Source: Lingula anatina
Lineage: Eukaryota > Animalia > Brachiopoda
Length of the DNA: 64,000 nucleotides
NCBI GenBank assembly: GCA_051362555.1
Contig: CM120647.1
Span: forward strand, 13,616,651-13,680,650
Direction of reading: 5' to 3'
The notes beneath the pieces are model-generated. The model was not told the DNA's origin and searched no databases. It worked only from the letters and a program-made list of their open reading frames with translations. The position numbers and the translations under genes were made by a program. Of the stretch, positions 59,901-64,000 are shown piece after piece (the stretch's first letter is position 1; every line of letters begins with the position of its first letter).

Positions 59901-61504
59901 ACAAGGTTTTACAAGTATTTTTAAGCTTCAAAATATAGGGATCTGCAGAAGAGTCTCAACTAATACACCTCTTCTTAAAACATGCAGTAGTTAATTGTTA
60001 TGAGGACCATTGTCTTTTACGTTGTACCACAAACACAACCGTTTACTCTCTTGGGATGTTTCTATATCCTTTCAACACTATATCTATATCAAAGGTGCAT
60101 CCTACCTTCTTGGCTCCTTCGTCCATAACTCTTCGCACTCGCGCTAATTCTGAACACCCATTGGCTGATTTATCCAGGATCAAGGACAGCTCATCTCGAC
60201 CCCGGACCAGGTCCAGCATCTCCCAGGCAAACGTCTCACATTTCTGGGTCAGTTTAAGATATTCGGACTGTGTGGAATGGAAAAAATAGGATATTACTTA
60301 AGTTGCATATTAATAGTTTTGATAATTTAGTTAACATTGTAATAATAGGTATTTGTTGATTACTTTTTTGATAGACATTTATAATTTTACCACAACTTTT
60401 TTTTTTGTTATCATAACTTTCTGCTGGGTGGCTGTAACTTTCAAATGCAAACTGTGTGTGTTGATGTGAGTGCTTGCGTGCTTGTGCATGCTTGCGTCTA
60501 CTTTCACTTTTGGCAAAGCCAAAGTCCACCTACTTATCCAATTCCCATTGGAAATGTCAGAAATCCCCCCAAAATCCCGTAAAAATATCTTAAAGAAATT
60601 AACAAACAATTCAGCGTCTCTTTCTGTCAGAAATTATAAGGCAAACATTCTGATTGTATCTTATTATTGTTTTTTTTTTTCAAAATGTTAACAATTTTTT
60701 TCACAAAGTACCTTGAACTCTTCATCCTGTTTCGCCATTGTGAACAGTTTTTGTCTAAACTTCAAAGCACTATTTACAGGATCTTTCTGTGTGAGAAGAT
60801 ATGACGATGACGTCATAGCTCTATACGCGTTCACACGATAAAGCGCGTGATTCAGCGTGTCGTTTCGGTCGAGATAACAATCGCAGAAATAATCGTGAGG
60901 ATCGGTGATTTTCAAGTGCTCCTCATCCTTCAGTAGTTGGCAAACCTCGATGTCGTTCTTCATCGCCGCCTGTAGCATAGGGTTATAGCTTGTATCCTTC
61001 ACTGATAACGACAACCATTGCTTCAGTGCCAGCTTGATCTCGTCTAGGTTCGCCCCGTCATCTATTGCCTTCCGAAGATTATCTCTACTGTGCATTGGAC
61101 CTGATGTTTTGCCCGCAGTGGGCTTGTCGGGAGGGTGCTGCGGTCCTTCATCTTCGGAACTTGAGGTAAAACCACAGTCATAGCAAAGGATAAATTCTGA
61201 AATATGGGATATGTTTTGCAGCTTTGAATAGCAGTTCGTGCAGCAAAAGAAGACAAATACCCCCCCCCCCCCTAAGAAATGGATTGCTTCATGTTATCTT
61301 GTGCTCGGTCTTCTACATCAACATAAGCTTCTTTCGCTGTGCACAATGTATGTTCAAATTGCCCTCAGCTGATACATTCAACTTGAGAAACTCGACAAGA
61401 AGGCTTAAAAGAAACACTACAAGAGAAAATACCACCTAAAGCCCTTTGGGTTTACACAAACGATTGAACAATGATGCGGTATTTATTCACGTTTTAGCAC
61501 CGCT

Positions 61505-61548
<44 letters not shown>

Positions 61549-61573
61549 TGGACAATGTTGTGTGGATGGGGAG

Positions 61574-61618
<45 letters not shown>

Positions 61619-62662
61619 GTGAAAGAGAGAGAGAGAGAAAGAATTAGAAATGCACGAGTACCTAAAATAATAACAACACTTACTCCTTTTTTTAAGCTTT
61701 GCTCTATATACGGGTTCTATATTGCCGTACGTCCCTCCATCTCCTAGAGTGGCAGTGATATCTGTGGGTAACCTACTGTGAGGGGCGGCACCAATGGGGG
61801 AGGCATAGTCCCCCTCGTCCACGTTCTCAACAGGCGCACGGGGCTCCTCCGGTGAGGGCTGGTCTGAGGGCTTCGACGTTGCAGTCTGGTTGTTTGAAAT
61901 TTGTGACCGGTCTTTGCTTGGGGGTGGTGGTGGTGGTGACGGTAGAGGGGGGACATGTTGAGGAGCAGCAGCAGGAGGAGGTTTTGAAATCGAGCCGAGG
62001 AGGGTTTCGTTAGCCACATCTACTTTGTCACCTGCGCCTCCCCGTCTGCCGCCTATACTTTTACTGGAACTGGAACTGTTTCTGGTAGATGGTGACAGAA
62101 GAGGGGGACTGGAGTCGTCAAGTCCCGGGGTTTGCTTAGAGAAATCGGACGGGTTAGTGGTCCTGGCATTAGAATCCCCCAAGTCAAAAGTGGGAGGAAT
62201 TTGTGCGCTCGGCCCCGGAGCTTCAGTGTCTATAAAACCACGATTATCGAAACTGCTTGTAGCAGTGTGTTCATTTGGTAACTGCTTCACCCCCTTCCGA
62301 TCAACGCCCGACAAACTGGCGTTCTCAGCGTCATTCCCCTGACTGTCCTGTTGACCTCGCAATGGATCTTCTGCCAGCCCGATTTCCCCTAATTCCACTG
62401 CCTCGTCATTTTTCTGTGTTTTTCTATTTGGGAGTTTTCTTTTTAACCATTTTTTTAATCGGGTGACTTTCTCTCCATCCGGGACGTCCTTGCTGGGGAT
62501 GTTGGATGAAGTCGATGATTTCTCACTACTGTCGCTGTCGTCCTCTGTTTCTGAGATATGTTGTAAAATGTCCGCATCGTCGTGCGAAGAAAAATCGTTT
62601 CCCAAGAGAACCACGTCTAAATTCCGTGCAAAGTCACTGCCGAGAGGCCTTTTATTCGCCAT
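54847..62662 (-). CDS. TRPC-like cation channel paralog B, 12 coding exons, about 1004 aa
   Basis: Exons 62662-61684, 61196-60712, 60267-60106, 59516-59325, 58829-58643, 58282-58079, 57855-57718, 57280-57136, 56768-56573, 56338-56180, 55660-55513 and 54866-54847 total 3015 nt, GT-AG, one frame. TRP_2 domain PHDYFCDC...RVNAYRAMTS...DP...EFK, KFVAHPYVQ, pore [12 protein letters not shown] boxes EWKAAR and [12 protein letters not shown]. The ATG directly follows an acceptor-like ...TTCCAG, so upstream exons may exist. Confidence 0.9.
56866..56972. repeat. (AAAT)n/(AAT)n compound microsatellite in an intron
   Basis: Directly visible; source of the poly-Y and poly-L ORFs. Confidence 0.95.
57410..57605. 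mobile_element. ~195-bp MITE-like insertion in intron 7 of paralog B
   Basis: Absent from the homologous intron of paralog A (near 40620). Imperfect inverted subtermini TAGATCGATCTA.CCCTG / CAGGGAGTTAGGTCGATCTA. Confidence 0.55.
61508..61637. repeat. (GA)n and (GT)n microsatellites in intron 1 of paralog B
   Basis: Directly visible. Confidence 0.95.
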
Positions 62663-63379
62663 CTGGAATTATCTGAAAAAAAAGTTTTTTTTTCTGAAGT
62701 TATATCAAGTGTAACGTGACCGCATCAGTTTGTCTCTCAGAATGAAACAGTGAAGTATGATGCTAAGCAAGACACAGTTTAGAAACTTTGACACTGTAAG
62801 AGAGAGAAAAAAATAATTATCTGCTTTCGGAAGTAATGTAATGAAACAAAAATTTTAACAATAATAATAAGACTACAATTTGACAGTAAAGCGTATATGT
62901 CAATCATATTGAAATTTTACTTTAACTTAAAATGGCAAAATAAGTAATGAGAATACTTTTTATAAGCTTAATCTGAACTTGTATAAATTCAAAAATGAGA
63001 TTATCAAGGAAAATAGTAAATATCATACTCAAATTATGAACTTAATTGCATATGATTTAGGTGGAGATGTGGAAAATCTTATCGGACACATATACTACAA
63101 GTAGAAAAAGTTGTTTCTCAGCATCAAATTGATATAGTAAGAATTGATTATGAACACCCTAAAAGATCAGCTGAAAATACTTAAATGGAAACTCTGGAAT
63201 CTTCAGATATTGTCACCCTTTTAACATCTGGTAATCTGTTTGAAGCATATCAACAGCATTCTGATACCAATCAGATTGAATCAGATCTAGAAAGTCACTC
63301 TGATATTGAGTAAGATCTTAACATGACGGTCCTCTCAAGTGATTCCATATCAAATGGTGAGAGTAAGACAGCAACACCA

Positions 63380-64000
63380 TCTATCTGAAAGAGTTTTCGT
63401 GAATGGGCAGTAAAAATTCAAATTCCACAAATAGCTACCGGGGTATGGAAGCCAATTTTGAGACCAGTTATGCCAGAATAACCAAAAGATTATCGCATCG
63501 TAACGAAAACACAGCAGTACTATGATGTGTTTTATCAATATGTTTTAACTATGTGTTTAAAATATATATATGGAGATGGTAACATCTATTTTGGAATATT
63601 CAAGGGAGTTCAAAGCTTCAGAATTATTTTCAGTTTGGATTACAAATCCACGTGGATGGACTGTCTTTATATAAAAGCACAGGCCATCAGCCTTGACCAA
63701 TTCTACGAAGTGTGCGAAGTTTCAGATACGTCATAGACGAATATAACGCATTACATCACAATGGGCTTGAATTGGACGGAAAACTTCAGTCAGTGATTTG
63801 TGATGCACCTGCTCATGTTTTCGTGAAAAAATGTGAAAACTTACACTGGCAATCATGGCTGTGACAAATGTAAATAACCAGGAAGGTAGTTAGCTAATAA
63901 GATTGGACATTCAGAATTAAATTCTACTTTCCGGACAGATTATTATTTTAGAAATCAAACAGACATAAAACACCACAAAGTTCTTCACAACTATTGGATG
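63380..64000 (+). pseudogene. Decayed EnSpm/CACTA (CMC)-like transposase fragment, running past the window end
   Basis: Frameshifted motifs EWAVKF-IPQ, P.*PKDYR, LQIHVDGLSLYKS, VICDAPA, TYTGNHGCDKC, FRTDYYFRNQTD..HH. Confidence 0.72.

Noticed and set aside
61487-61683. C-terminal part of the 391-aa ORF (HTHTHT, SLSLSL)
   Set aside because: Read-through into intron 1 microsatellites past the GTAAGT donor at 61683.

Overview
AT-rich animal genomic DNA with spliceosomal introns; nothing looks prokaryotic. The first ~38.6 kb is one nest of transposable elements whose insertion order can be rebuilt from target-site duplications (TSDs) and rejoined reading frames. A decayed BEL/Pao retrotransposon hosts an L1/Tx1-type LINE. 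That LINE hosts a Gmr1-like Ty3/gypsy element with near-identical LTRs and a 5.2-kb TTAA-flanked Kolobok-like element. Four copies of an unassigned 4.4-5.6-kb TA-flanked element ('X') sit in the nest; two form a multi-kb inverted repeat. The right half holds two convergent paralogs of a divergent TRPC-type cation channel: a 12-exon gene on the minus strand (about 1004 aa) and a plus-strand copy showing only exons 5-12. Between them lie Tc1 elements, an intact Rex1/Babar-like LINE, LINE fragments and MITEs. The best novelty candidates are (i) a TRPC channel that appears to have lost both most ankyrin repeats and the C-terminal pole helix, and (ii) family X, with degenerate asymmetric termini, no recognisable transposase and unidentified decayed cargo. 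All alignments were done by eye; no database searches were run.
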